Program-made: the position numbers and the translations under genes
Notes under the pieces: model-generated
What the model was told of the DNA's origin: nothing
The model's database searches: none
Seen by the model: only the letters and a program-made list of their open reading frames with translations
In this document: one piece after another, positions 1 to 17,750 of the stretch
Layout of the letters: every line of letters begins with the position of its first letter
Numbering within the stretch: the stretch's first letter is position 1
Origin: the human T2T-CHM13v2.0 reference genome, Homo sapiens
Reading direction: 5' to 3' (one strand)
DNA: 64,000 bases
Assembly (NCBI RefSeq): GCF_009914755.1
Contig: NC_060944.1

Positions 1-183
1 ACCCCGTCTGTACTAAAAATACAAAAATTAGCCTGGCTTGGTGGTACGCACCTCTAGTCCCAGCTACTCAGGAGGCTGAGGCAGGAGAATCACTTGAACC
101 CAGGAGGCAGTGGTTATAGTGAGCCGAGATCGAGATCATGCTACTGCACTCCAGCCTGGGTGATACAGCAAGACTCCATCTCA

Positions 184-214
<31 letters not shown>

Positions 215-232
215 CAAAAAAACAAAAAATAA
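1..232 (+). mobile_element. Alu (5' part outside window) with (CAAAA)n tail
   Basis: linker and right arm of Alu consensus, then CAAAA repeats. Confidence 0.95.
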
Positions 233-239
233 GAAAACA

Positions 240-1080
<841 letters not shown>

Positions 1081-1439
1081 TAAATTTCACGTTTGATTCC
1101 AGGGGTTGGGAGTTTGCTGCCCTTCATCATGGAGTTTGCTGCAGCCAGTGCAGGGGTGAAAAGGGAAGAGCAAAACAGGCAGATCTCGTTTAGGAGAGAT
1201 ACTGCAATTTATCTGATGCTGATCTTTTAAGTCACTTCTGGTGCCAAAGAGCACTGGACTTGGAGCCTGAAGAACTGAGACTTCCTGACATTTGGCCTTA
1301 AGCAAGCCTGAGCTTAGACTTCCTGAGCTTTTCCCGATGTTTTGTGTTGGGCAGCCCCATTTCCCTGGACAGCTGCAGGGATGGAGGGAAGTGATGCGTG
1401 TATGCATGTGGGCTTGTTCCTTCCTTCTCTATTCCACAG

Positions 1440-1454
1440 GCTGTCAGTGTACAG
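1440..1454 (+). other. candidate 15-nt microexon
   Basis: ttgttccttccttctctattccacAG | GCTGTCAGTGTACAG | GTATGT; TGCATG at 1403-1408. Confidence 0.3.
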
Positions 1455-1759
1455 GTATGTTTGCACACAAGAAAGATGTTGGTCCTGGGGTCTCAGAGGC
1501 ACCAAAGAACTGGCCAGCTTTGTCCAATTCATCCAAAATCCAGTCAGTGGCGTAAAGAGGAAGCCATCACACCAGGCCTTTGCCAACAAAGCAGACAGGC
1601 TGCCCAGCCCAGGAGCTGCCTACTCTTACTCGCCTGTTGGTTTGAGCAGATGCAGCCATGACAGCAGGGTTACAAAGGCCACCCCAGCCAGGCCACCACC
1701 CTCCACCAGGGCTCTGCCAGGATGGATTGAACCCTGGCCCTCATGTGTTACTTGATGAC

Positions 1760-2040
1760 AGCAAGATACCTGATAAGAAACTGTTTGGATGTCACAGAGA
1801 ACACATTTTAACAGCCCAGAGAGGTGGGATTATCACAGAGTGGTGTAAAAGAAGCAAAATTATTTCGGATAAACCATGAAGGAATTTTATTACCCAGTGC
1901 AGTTATAAATCAAGTTCTCTGTAAATGCAATAAAACAATTGTTTAGTCTGCATGATTCATACCACAAACCTCAGGATTCTTGGTTTTGATCTTATTGCCG
2001 CAATAAACTGTCTAGACAGCAATTAACAAACTGTTTTTCC
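1760..2040. promoter_or_regulatory. candidate enhancer motif cluster
   Basis: repeat-free; TGATAAG, GCAATAAA x2, ACCACA, SMAD palindrome GTCTAGAC 2010-2017. Confidence 0.35.
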
Positions 2041-2045
2041 TTCAG

Positions 2046-2127
2046 ATGTTTGGAGTGCTGGTACAGCGGGAATCGGCACTTAGAAATTCAGGGGCTTCTT
2101 CCTGGCTCCTATTAATTATCAGGTTGG
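2046..2127 (+). other. candidate 82-nt internal exon (probably non-coding)
   Basis: caattaac branch-like motif, tgtttttccttcAG acceptor, TGG|GTGAGT donor. Confidence 0.3.
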
Positions 2128-2298
2128 GTGAGTGGGAAAAGCCCAGAATCTTCTCAGAATTAGCCTTCTGGAAGTGTCCTTCCACTGTGAATGTGCCACT
2201 TCACCACATAATATTCACTTATAACTGGCAGAAAATCCAAATATACAGATTTTCTTAAACCTTGGCCTGTCACTTTAGAGAGAAGTGAGCAGAATTAA

Positions 2299-2747
<449 letters not shown>

Positions 2748-2749
2748 TG

Positions 2750-2868
2750 ATTTCACCTTCCTGAAGTTTATTTTGCATATGTTGAAAGTCATGGGGGAAA
2801 ATTAAATGAAATTATCTGTGTAAATTGCCTGGAACATAATAAGAGCTCAAAACTATTCACTATTATTG
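2750..2868 (+). mobile_element. MIR fragment
   Basis: attaaatgaaat...gcctggaacataataagagctcaa MIR 3' end. Confidence 0.55.
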
Positions 2869-3160
2869 TCTATCATCCATGCATTCATCTGTCCATCCAC
2901 GTATTCACCATCCCTCTATCTATCCATCCATCCACCCACCTATCCATCCATTCCTTCACCCTTCCTTTCTTCCTTCCTTCTATCATTTATTCACCTATCT
3001 GTCCATTCTTCCTTCTTTTCTTTCCTTCCTTCCAACATTTATCCATCCATCCATCCATCCATCTATGCATCCACCCACCCACCCACCCATCCTTCCATCC
3101 ATCCCTCCATCTATCCCTCCATCTGTCCATTTATCTACACACTCACTCATTCATTCCTTC
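2869..3160. repeat. degenerate (TCCA)n/(TTCC)n simple repeat
   Basis: atccatccatcc and ttccttcc arrays. Confidence 0.9.
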
Positions 3161-3255
3161 TTTGCCTGGTACTCTATGCCAGATTGTTGAGATTATAAAA
3201 ACAAATAAGATATATCCCGACTTCATGGAGATCCCAGTTTAGCTGGAAAGACAGC
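3140..3255 (-). mobile_element. L2 3' fragment
   Basis: cattcattc...aaataagatatatcccgacttcatggag resembles L2 3' end. Confidence 0.55.
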
Positions 3256-3922
3256 ATTAGGTCTCTGGCTGTAGGCAGCATCTGATCCTGAAGGAAATAG
3301 TGAGAGAAAACCTGGGGAAGTGTTTAGTTTCTGGTCTAGCCCTGGTGATTTAAGATGATATGTGAGACGCACTCACCTCCCAGGGCTCCTGATGGCTCAG
3401 AGCTCAGTGGATGAACATGGCTTCATCCACACAGTCAGTTACACGGTGAGACTACACATTTGGCAAATGCCCCAAACAAACAAACAAACAAACAAAATAA
3501 TTTGGGTTCAAGGTAACAGTAAATCACACTCTTCAAACCTAAATATTCTTCTCTAGGCTTCTTCCCACCTTTTCTTCCCTTCTTTCTGCCAACTCCTTCT
3601 CCTCCATTTTGCGTCAGACACCATGTGCATTGGGAGGATGTTGCTAGGTCACAGTGGGGACACTTGCTCTATTTACAGAGAAAACAGGGCTCCTCAGATT
3701 CACAGGGTTTGCAAAGGAAAGCCCTCCCAGAAAGGAATTCCAGCCTTCCCTTCTGAGGCTGGTGCAGCAGGGCTGGGGGCTGCAGGAACAGACCAGAGAA
3801 AGTGACTCAGAATTCCCTTCGGCTACAGTACGATTGCGAGAACCATTTTAAGTATGAGCTGTGGCTCCCCTCTCCCTTTTTCCTCAGCCTCCAGGGAGCT
3901 GCCATTTAAAAAATCTTGGCCT

Positions 3923-4208
<286 letters not shown>

Positions 4209-4779
4209 TAATCCATGTCTTTCTCACGTACCAACATCCAGATAGAAGCAGTCCAGGATGGGTAGAGCAGCTCCTTTGGTAGAACCCACCTCTATTGCGC
4301 TGCCATGCCTGGCACGTTGCTCCCATCCCCCTGGTCCAAGGGTCCTCTCCTCCACATCCCCATCCAGCCAGCAGAAAGGGGAGACAATGAAGGGAAGGCA
4401 CGCCCCAGAAGGATGTGCCTCCGAGGCCTCTCACATCACTGGAATGCTCTCCCCATAGCCTAGGATTTAGTCACGAGACCGCACAGGGGAGCTGAGCTCT
4501 TTGTTCTGGTTGGCCATGTGTCCACATCTATTACTACACAAAAGTGGGGATGGCCATGGAGGGAGAACCAGCAAATTCTTTCATACGCTCCTATGGCCTT
4601 GATCCATCCAGTGGGTACATTTCTGAGCCCCTCGCTTTCTCACTGCCTCTTCTGCTGGGAGCATGACTCCCGGGCTGCAGAAGGACAGGCTGGTGCATTG
4701 AGAGTCTTTAGGCTTTGCTTGAATTGCAAATGCTCTGGTTTTCTGGCAAGACGGAAGTAGGTCCCTGGGCAGAAGTGTC

Positions 4780-5294
<515 letters not shown>

Positions 5295-5376
5295 CATTTT
5301 TCTTTTTTCTTAATGCATGTATGTAGCTGAATTTGTGTAAGTACAATGGATCCATGATGAGAGTCTATTTATTGAA

Positions 5377-5660
5377 TTTTTTTTTTTTTTCAGATGGAGT
5401 CTCACTCTGTCACCCAGGGTAGAGTGTAGTGGTGTGATCTTGGCTCACTGCAACTTCCGCCTCCTGGGCTCAAGTGGTTCTCCTGACTCCCAAGTAGCTG
5501 GGATTACAGGCACCCACCGCCACGCCAAGCTAATTCTTGTGTTTTTAGTAGAGATGGGGTTTCGCCATGTTGGCCAGGCCGGTCTCGAACTCATGACCTT
5601 AAGTGATCCGCCCGCCTCCCAAAGTGCTGGGATTACAGGCATGAGCCACTGCGCCTTGCC
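5377..5660 (-). mobile_element. Alu (AluS)
   Basis: consensus match with small deletions. Confidence 0.95.
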
Positions 5661-6211
5661 TAATTATAGAAATTGTATTTGGAGAGAAAAGTATACTCTT
5701 TCTCTAAGCATTTCTGACATTACATTCTTTCAAAGCAATGCGAACAACTTCTGAAGGTACTGGTCTGGGCTCCAAGCTCAGATCTGGGTGGCGGAAGATT
5801 CTATGAACAGGTCCTGGCCAGGTTTGGGGGAGGTCCATGAGCAGGTCTTCTCACCAGGAGCAATATCCCTAGGAAACCAACCCACAGAATAGAAATTGAA
5901 AGAGCAAAAAGGCTTCCTTTTCTAAGAAAGGCCATGATGTCTCCAGGAATAGCATAAATATCCCCTGCAGGGCTTATCCCAGAAAAGAACATTCAGAGGG
6001 GCCTCTGAGTTGCTCTGCACCCCCAGCAGATGCCCTGCTCCAAATGGTCTCTTGTGTCTCCAGCTCTCCACCCAGGCTCTACCTGGAAGGCTCTTCTCTG
6101 ACTTGTCCTCACGCAGCCCCTTCAACTGAGCCACAGTGACGTCCCCCATAGGCATCCTGGTGAGTCCTGGTGGGGTATCGTAGAGGCTCAATGACCTTTA
6201 AAATGAGTTCA

Positions 6212-6494
<283 letters not shown>

Positions 6495-6643
6495 GTCAGT
6501 TCAAACTTTGCGATTCAACAACTGGGTGACTCTCCGGAGTCAATGAATTCGCCAATCCATGGATACTGATGAGCTTGACCTGAGCTGCTTGGGAAGCTGA
6601 GCTGCAGTGAATACGATGCAGCAGATGGAGCCAACGCTGCAAA

Positions 6644-6785
6644 GCAGAGCCGCGGGCAACACGGAGTTCCCGGGACTCCCTCAAAATCCTCCCCTTTATC
6701 TACACTGGCTCCCGCAGACCCGCGGGCAACACAGAGAGTGCTTGGGACTCCCTCAAACTTCTCTCCTTTATCTACACTGGCTCCC
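6644..6785. repeat. two-copy tandem duplication (70/72 bp)
   Basis: gcagaNccgcgggcaacac...gggactccctcaaa...cctttatctacactggctccc at 6644-6713 and 6714-6785. Confidence 0.9.
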
Positions 6786-6789
6786 ACAA

Positions 6790-6966
6790 CAGGATCTCAA
6801 CCCTGGTTGTACTTGAGAATCAGCAGGGAAACTTCTAACAGTTCTGATGCCTGAGCCATGCCCACAGATCAATTATATCAGAAACCCCGTAGCTGGGACC
6901 TGGGCATAAGTATTTTAAAGCTCCCCAGGTGATTCCAAAGTCCAGCCAAGGTAGACATCCACTGCT
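6790..6966. mobile_element. MER5-family hAT-Charlie DNA transposon
   Basis: ctcaaccctggttgtac...tttaaagctccccaggtgattc...ccactg. Confidence 0.8.
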
Positions 6967-7360
6967 CTGGGGACCTTGTCCATCCCACAGGTAGAAGGCC
7001 CCATCTGTGACCACTTTTCTGAGGTCCAGACTTGCCAATTTATTTTCTCAACATCACCATTTCAGTGCCTAAGAGACAACTCATCTTGCCAGAGTAAAGT
7101 GGATTGTCCCCTCCACACCTGCTTCTCTTCTCACCAGGGTCCCCCAGCTGTTTCAGGGCAAAAACTGAACACCTTCTGATTCTTTTCTTTGTCTCACAGC
7201 CCATAGCCAATTTTTTTGGAATTCTCAACAGCTATAATGTCAAAATATATCCCCATTCTAATCTCTGCTCCCCACCTCCCCTGCTAGCCTGGAGATCCCC
7301 TACTCTTCTTTTGAATCCTTCTAGTTTGGTCTCTGCCAACAGCTCATGTAAAATCTATGA

Positions 7361-7874
<514 letters not shown>

Positions 7875-7923
7875 TCAGCATGAAAAGATGCTCAGCTCAT
7901 TAGCCATTGGGGAAATTCAATTA

Positions 7924-8390
<467 letters not shown>

Positions 8391-8454
8391 ATGTACCAAC
8401 AGGAGAACAGATGAACAAATTATAGTATGTTTATACAATGAAATACTACTCAGC

Positions 8455-8758
<304 letters not shown>

Positions 8759-9072
8759 CTACTATTCAGCATACAAGAAATGAATTACTGACGCAAGCAG
8801 CAACGTCAATAAATCTTATAGACATTCCTCTGAGCAAAAGAAGCTGGGTAAACTTTATGAATGCATTTATAAGAGGTTCTAGAAAAAAATGATTCAAGGG
8901 TGATATGTTAAAATATGGCTTCTAGCCAGTGGGATGGTCAGGGGTTTGACTGGATTGATTGAAAAGGAGCATGAGGGAGCCTTCTGGAGTGATGGAAATG
9001 ATTTTTATCTTGTTTTGGGTGGTGATTACAGGTGTCCAAAGTTACTGAACTCACTTAAGAGCTGTAAGTCTT

Positions 9073-9348
<276 letters not shown>

Positions 9349-9398
9349 GAACTGTAAGTCTTACTGCATGTAAATCATACCTTAAAAAGTAATTTGGG

Positions 9399-9704
<306 letters not shown>

Positions 9705-9857
9705 TCAGAGTCCCACAAACCTCTGCTCAAACTCCCCCTACCCTCACCCCCAACCTTTAGGACAAAATCTGGAGCACCCACTCTGGTCTTCAGAGCCTTG
9801 CATGAACTGCCGTCTTTTCCCTCCTTGGCAGTGTCTACAACCACCCTTCCCTTTGCT

Positions 9858-10203
<346 letters not shown>

Positions 10204-10229
10204 TAGTTCTCACACACTTTTTTGGAAAC

Positions 10230-10715
10230 ACCATGCATTCTTTTGTACTTAGGGGCTTTGCTTTAATATTATGTTCCTGAGATTCATCCAGGACCACTAT
10301 TAATTTTCATAGTTGTGTTCTAATCTATGATGATCACATAATTTAGTCACCCATTTTCTTGGGAAGGGGCATTTAGGTTGTATCCAGATTTTTGCTGTTA
10401 CTCACAATGCTGCCAAGAGCATTGTTGTACATGGCTCCTGGGACATGTATGCCAGAAATGTTTAGGATATTTATCTATGAATGAAATTGCTTGGTCAGAG
10501 GGTATGTGCGTTTTCAGCTGTATCTGATATTTCAAAGCTATTTTTTAAGGTGGTTGTACCAACTACACTTTTCACCAACTGTGTAAAAGAGTTTCCTTTT
10601 TGTCCTATATCCTTATCAATACTGGGTGCCCTTAAATTTATTAATTTTTGCCAATCTTGCGGTTTTAATTTGCATTGTCTCAATCATTAATAAGGTTAAT
10701 CATCACTTTATATAT
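10230..10715 (-). mobile_element. old L1M fragment
   Basis: gggcatttaggttgtatccagatttttgctgtta...ttttaatttgcatt antisense L1 ORF2/3' end. Confidence 0.75.
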
Positions 10716-10904
10716 TGGGCATTTATCAAAAAATAAAGCTGTGTATTTTTAGATGGGAACAAATGCACAGAAAAAGATCTAAAACCGTGATTCTAAGAAG
10801 GGGAGTGGAAAAGGAGGGGTGGGATGTGAATACTTTGTTCTGTGTGATCTTCACATTTTTACAACAAAAATTATTTAATATGCTTATAAAATTCATATAA
10901 AAAT

Positions 10905-11517
<613 letters not shown>

Positions 11518-11827
11518 CTAAAAATTAAGCAAGATATAGATCAGTACGCATCATTAATTTTTTTATTTTAAAAAATTATATGTAAACACACACATACATG
11601 CATTGCTTTATATGTGTGTGTGTATGTGTGTGTATAGAAGAAGGCCTGAAATAATTTTCTCAGAGTTTTTAAGGGTGGTTTTCTGTGTGGAGGTGGGGAT
11701 GCAACTGTGCAGTGGTGGAGTTAAGGAGGGTAGGGGTAGTAGGGGGCGGTATATAATTGTTCCTTTTAAATTTTATGCACCTTTTAAATTGGATATTTTC
11801 TTCAGTCTTTAATACAAAATTCACTAG

Positions 11828-12200
<373 letters not shown>

Positions 12201-12592
12201 TAAATATCCAAATTTTCTGTGGACTGTCACAGGTATAAAGTAAAGTGCCCCACCCCCACACCCACCATGTCCAAAAAGAAAAGAGTAAACAAGGTTCCAG
12301 TGACCTGGACCATACCTAACTCCGCCTCAGTTGGTAACTCTGATGTGAACAGCACACATCAGAAGAACATAGGGCCACCACTGTGATATAGGTGGTAAAA
12401 TTCCCTTTATCATAAACATGTACAATGATTACATATCCATAATAATTAGAAATAAAAACATTTTTAAAGGTAAAGCTAAGCAGAAAAATAAAAAATAAAG
12501 GTTCCTTTATGTTCTTGAGATCTGAAAAGGAAATTATACGTACAGCCTTTACAATACCTTTTATTATAAATCTGTTTATGAGTTTAAAACTA

Positions 12593-12799
12593 TGCTGTCC
12601 AATATGTAGCCACTAGCCATATGTGGCTATTTAAATTTAAATTGACTGAAATTAAATAACATTAAAAATTCAGTTCCTTAGTCACATGGGCCCACTATTT
12701 CAAGGGTCCAACAGTTACTTTGGGCTAGTTGCTATTGTATTATATAATGCAGATTAAAAATATTTATACCAATGTGGAAAGTTCTGATGGACAGTACTG
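12593..12799. mobile_element. MER3-like hAT-Charlie
   Basis: gctgtccaatatgtagccactagcca...gaaagttctgatggacagtactg. Confidence 0.8.
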
Positions 12800-12872
12800 G
12801 ATTAAAACCTTATATAGATATTATTCTTGTTCACCACCATGTGAGAAGGTTTTTACCATGGGAAGGAATTCT

Positions 12873-13200
12873 TGTTTGTTTTTTTTGTTTTTTTGTTTTT
12901 TTGTTTTTTAAATTGAGGTAGGGTCTTGCTCTGTTGCCCAGGTTGGAGTACAGTGGCACAATCACAGCTCACTTCAGCCTCGACCTCCAGGTCTCAAGTG
13001 ATCCTCCCACCTCAGTCTCCCAAGTAGCTGGAACTACAGGTACCTGCCACCACACTCAGCTAATTTTTTTTATTTTTTGTAGAAATGGGATCTTACTATG
13101 TTGCCCAGGCTGGTATGGAACTCCTGGGCTCAAGTGATCCTCCTGCCTCCAGCCTCCCAAAGTGCTGGGATTACAGGTGTGAGCCACCATTCCTTGGGCC
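12873..13200 (-). mobile_element. AluJ
   Basis: agcctcgacctcc, gatcctcccacctcag. Confidence 0.95.
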
Positions 13201-13592
13201 ATTCTTGTATTTTAAGTACTCAGAGACATCCAGGAAAGGTAACCGAGTGGGTAACTCCAGCACTTCAGAGAGTGCCTAGTGTGTGATTCTAAGCTCATCA
13301 CTCCAGGGACCCAGCACCCAATTCCAGCTGTGTCTTTCCTCCATTTAAATCACCCTCTGTGGATCCTATTAAGTATTCTCCCATTCTGGTCAAACTGGTT
13401 TATGAAACTACTATTTGAGAAGTCCAGTCTTGCAGGCCGATGGGACCCTGCCTTTGTGTGGCCGTAATAAGGTTATTTATGAGGGCTGGAGCCGATTCTC
13501 TTGATTCTTCGGGAAGATGAAAGGTTTGGTGGTAAAGGAAAGCAGAAGCTTGGGGAGCAGGTTTCTCCTTATAGCAATGACTCTCCAGATAG

Positions 13593-14076
<484 letters not shown>

Positions 14077-14267
14077 GAAAATCACTTTCAAAGTCATCCT
14101 TTCAGGTGGCCAACTGTCCCTGTTTGTCTGAGATGAAAGGGTTTCCTGGGACAAGAGATCAGGAAAGTCCCAAGCAAGTCTGGATGAACTGGTCACTCTA
14201 TTTCCTCCGTACCTTGGGGGCAAGCAATGCCTGCGACTCAACAGGACAAAAACATTTGTTCATATTT

Positions 14268-14490
14268 AGCTCCCATTTATGAGGCTCTGCAATGTGTCAG
14301 GTGCTGGGCAAAGACAGTGCTTTACCTGACGTGTCTCGTTTCATCTTAACAACCAAATGAGCTTGGTGTTATTATTATCCCCATTTGACAGGTGAAGAAA
14401 CCGAGGCTCAGAAAGCTAAAGTGACTTGTCCAAGGTCACACCTTAAATGGTGTCTGTGTCTCCATAGCTCATGCTCTGAACTGCTCCTCT
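14268..14490 (-). mobile_element. MIR
   Basis: ccccatttgacaggtgaagaaaccgaggctcagaaag...gacttgtccaaggtcaca core. Confidence 0.85.
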
Positions 14491-14492
14491 AA

Positions 14493-15106
<614 letters not shown>

Positions 15107-15551
15107 CTTCATCTTTCTTAATCTGCCTTGGATTTTTGGGGTTCCAGAAGCTTCCCACAAAAAGAGTCATTGGAGATACTTATATTGTTAACCAACGGGG
15201 TAGGAGAATGACTTTCAGCTGAACTTTATTTGCACGTTAAAAAGTCAAGTCTAATTTTCTAAAACTATCTGGACTCTTTCACTGGCAAATGCCGAGTTGG
15301 AAGGAAAGTCCATAAATCACTCACAGACCTACATTGGCCGTGGCTATATGCAAACCCAGTACTGCTGGTCTGGCCACCTGGGAGCACCAGGCATAGGATG
15401 GGGTGAGATTTCCCCACCAAATTCAGGGCATATCAGAGCTCAGAGTACCTGCACCCAAAGGGAAATACCCCAAACACTGGCTTCAGGAAAGTTCTCATTA
15501 GATAGACACAAGAAAGTTTTGCCCTAATCCTCAGTATTGGCTAACAGATCA

Positions 15552-15690
15552 CTTTTATTGAGGAATTACTATGTGCCAGGCAATGCCTGTTTTCATCCAC
15601 TTCTCATGTCCAATTATCTGCGAAATAGATAAGATTATTATCCCAGCCCAGAGATGAGGAAACTGAGGTGTGGAGAGCTGGCGAGATTGA
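15552..15690 (-). mobile_element. MIR
   Basis: actatgtgccaggca...agatgaggaaactgagg. Confidence 0.75.
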
Positions 15691-15697
15691 TCTAGAC

Positions 15698-15920
15698 CAG
15701 TGGTTCTCAAGCAGGGGAGGGTTTGCCCTCCATGCACATTTGCCACTATCTGGACACATTTTTGATCATCACAACCTGGGATGGGGTTGCTGCTGGCATC
15801 TAGTGAATAGAGGCCAGGGATGCTGCTCCACATTCTACACTGCACAGAACGGCCTCCCTCTACCCCAGTAAAAGAAATTACATGGCCCCAAATGCCAATA
15901 GCTCTGAGGTTGAGAAACTC
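15698..15920. mobile_element. MER20
   Basis: cagtggttctcaa...ggcatctagtgaatagaggccagggatgctgct...gaggttgagaaac. Confidence 0.85.
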
Positions 15921-16089
15921 TTGTCTAAATCAAGAAAAGGGTGGCAACTCCTGGGGAACCCTTCACTCCAGAGTTTGAGGGGCTCACATGCCTAGCAAGG
16001 GGTAGAGCAGTGATTAGATCCCACTTGCTTTTACCTTCCTATGCCCTGGAGAAGGATTACTGAAAGGTCAGTTCAAGAGGGTATGAACT

Positions 16090-16162
16090 TGTTGTGTGAT
16101 GCTAGAACAGTGCTGGGCACAAATAGGTGCCCAGTAAATATTTGTTGAATGAATGAATGAAT
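16090..16162 (+). mobile_element. L2 3' end
   Basis: gcacaaataggtgcccagtaaatatttgttgaatgaatgaatgaa. Confidence 0.8.
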
Positions 16163-16310
16163 ACTAAGTATTAATACCATTTATTGAGGGCTTTCTGTCA
16201 ATGAACACACCAAGTATATTGCCAGCATCATCTCATTTGATTCTTGGAGTAGACCCCAGAGGCAGGTACCACTCCCCACAGTCTTATTTTACAGAGTAAG
16301 AGACAGAGAG

Positions 16311-16693
<383 letters not shown>

Positions 16694-16771
16694 TTAACTT
16701 AGAATTACATTGCCTCATACCAGAATCTCTGGAAACAAGAATAATTTCCAGGGCTTACATCATGTAGCAAC

Positions 16772-17064
<293 letters not shown>

Positions 17065-17139
17065 CACATGTAGTAACTTTTTTCACTGTTCCAGGTTTTA
17101 TAAATATATCCCCTTTTTCAGCACTTGCTCTCGCTTACC

Positions 17140-17424
17140 TTTTTTCTTTTGTAGGCAGGGTCTCCCTTTGTCACTCAGGCTGGAGTGCAGTGGTGCGATC
17201 ATGGCTCAACCTCCTGGGTTCAAGTGATCCTCCCGCCTCAGGCTCCCAAGTAGCTGGGACTATATACGTGTGACACCACACCCAGCTAATTTTTTAATTT
17301 TTTGTACAGACAGGGTCTCACTATGTTGCCCTGGCTGGGTTCAAATTCCTGGGCTTAAGCTATCTCTGCCACCTCAGCCTCACAAAGTGCTGAGATTACA
17401 GGCATGAGCCACTGCACCCAGGCA
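17140..17424 (-). mobile_element. AluJ
   Basis: consensus match. Confidence 0.9.
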
Positions 17425-17448
17425 GCCCCTTTCTAAAAAAATAAAATG

Positions 17449-17750
<302 letters not shown>

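Noticed and set aside
2866-3198. His/Pro/Ser-rich ORFs
   Set aside because: Translation of the (TCCA)n simple repeat.
6644-6785. CRISPR-like array or CpG island
   Set aside because: Only two adjacent units with no spacers, in eukaryotic context; too short for a CpG island.
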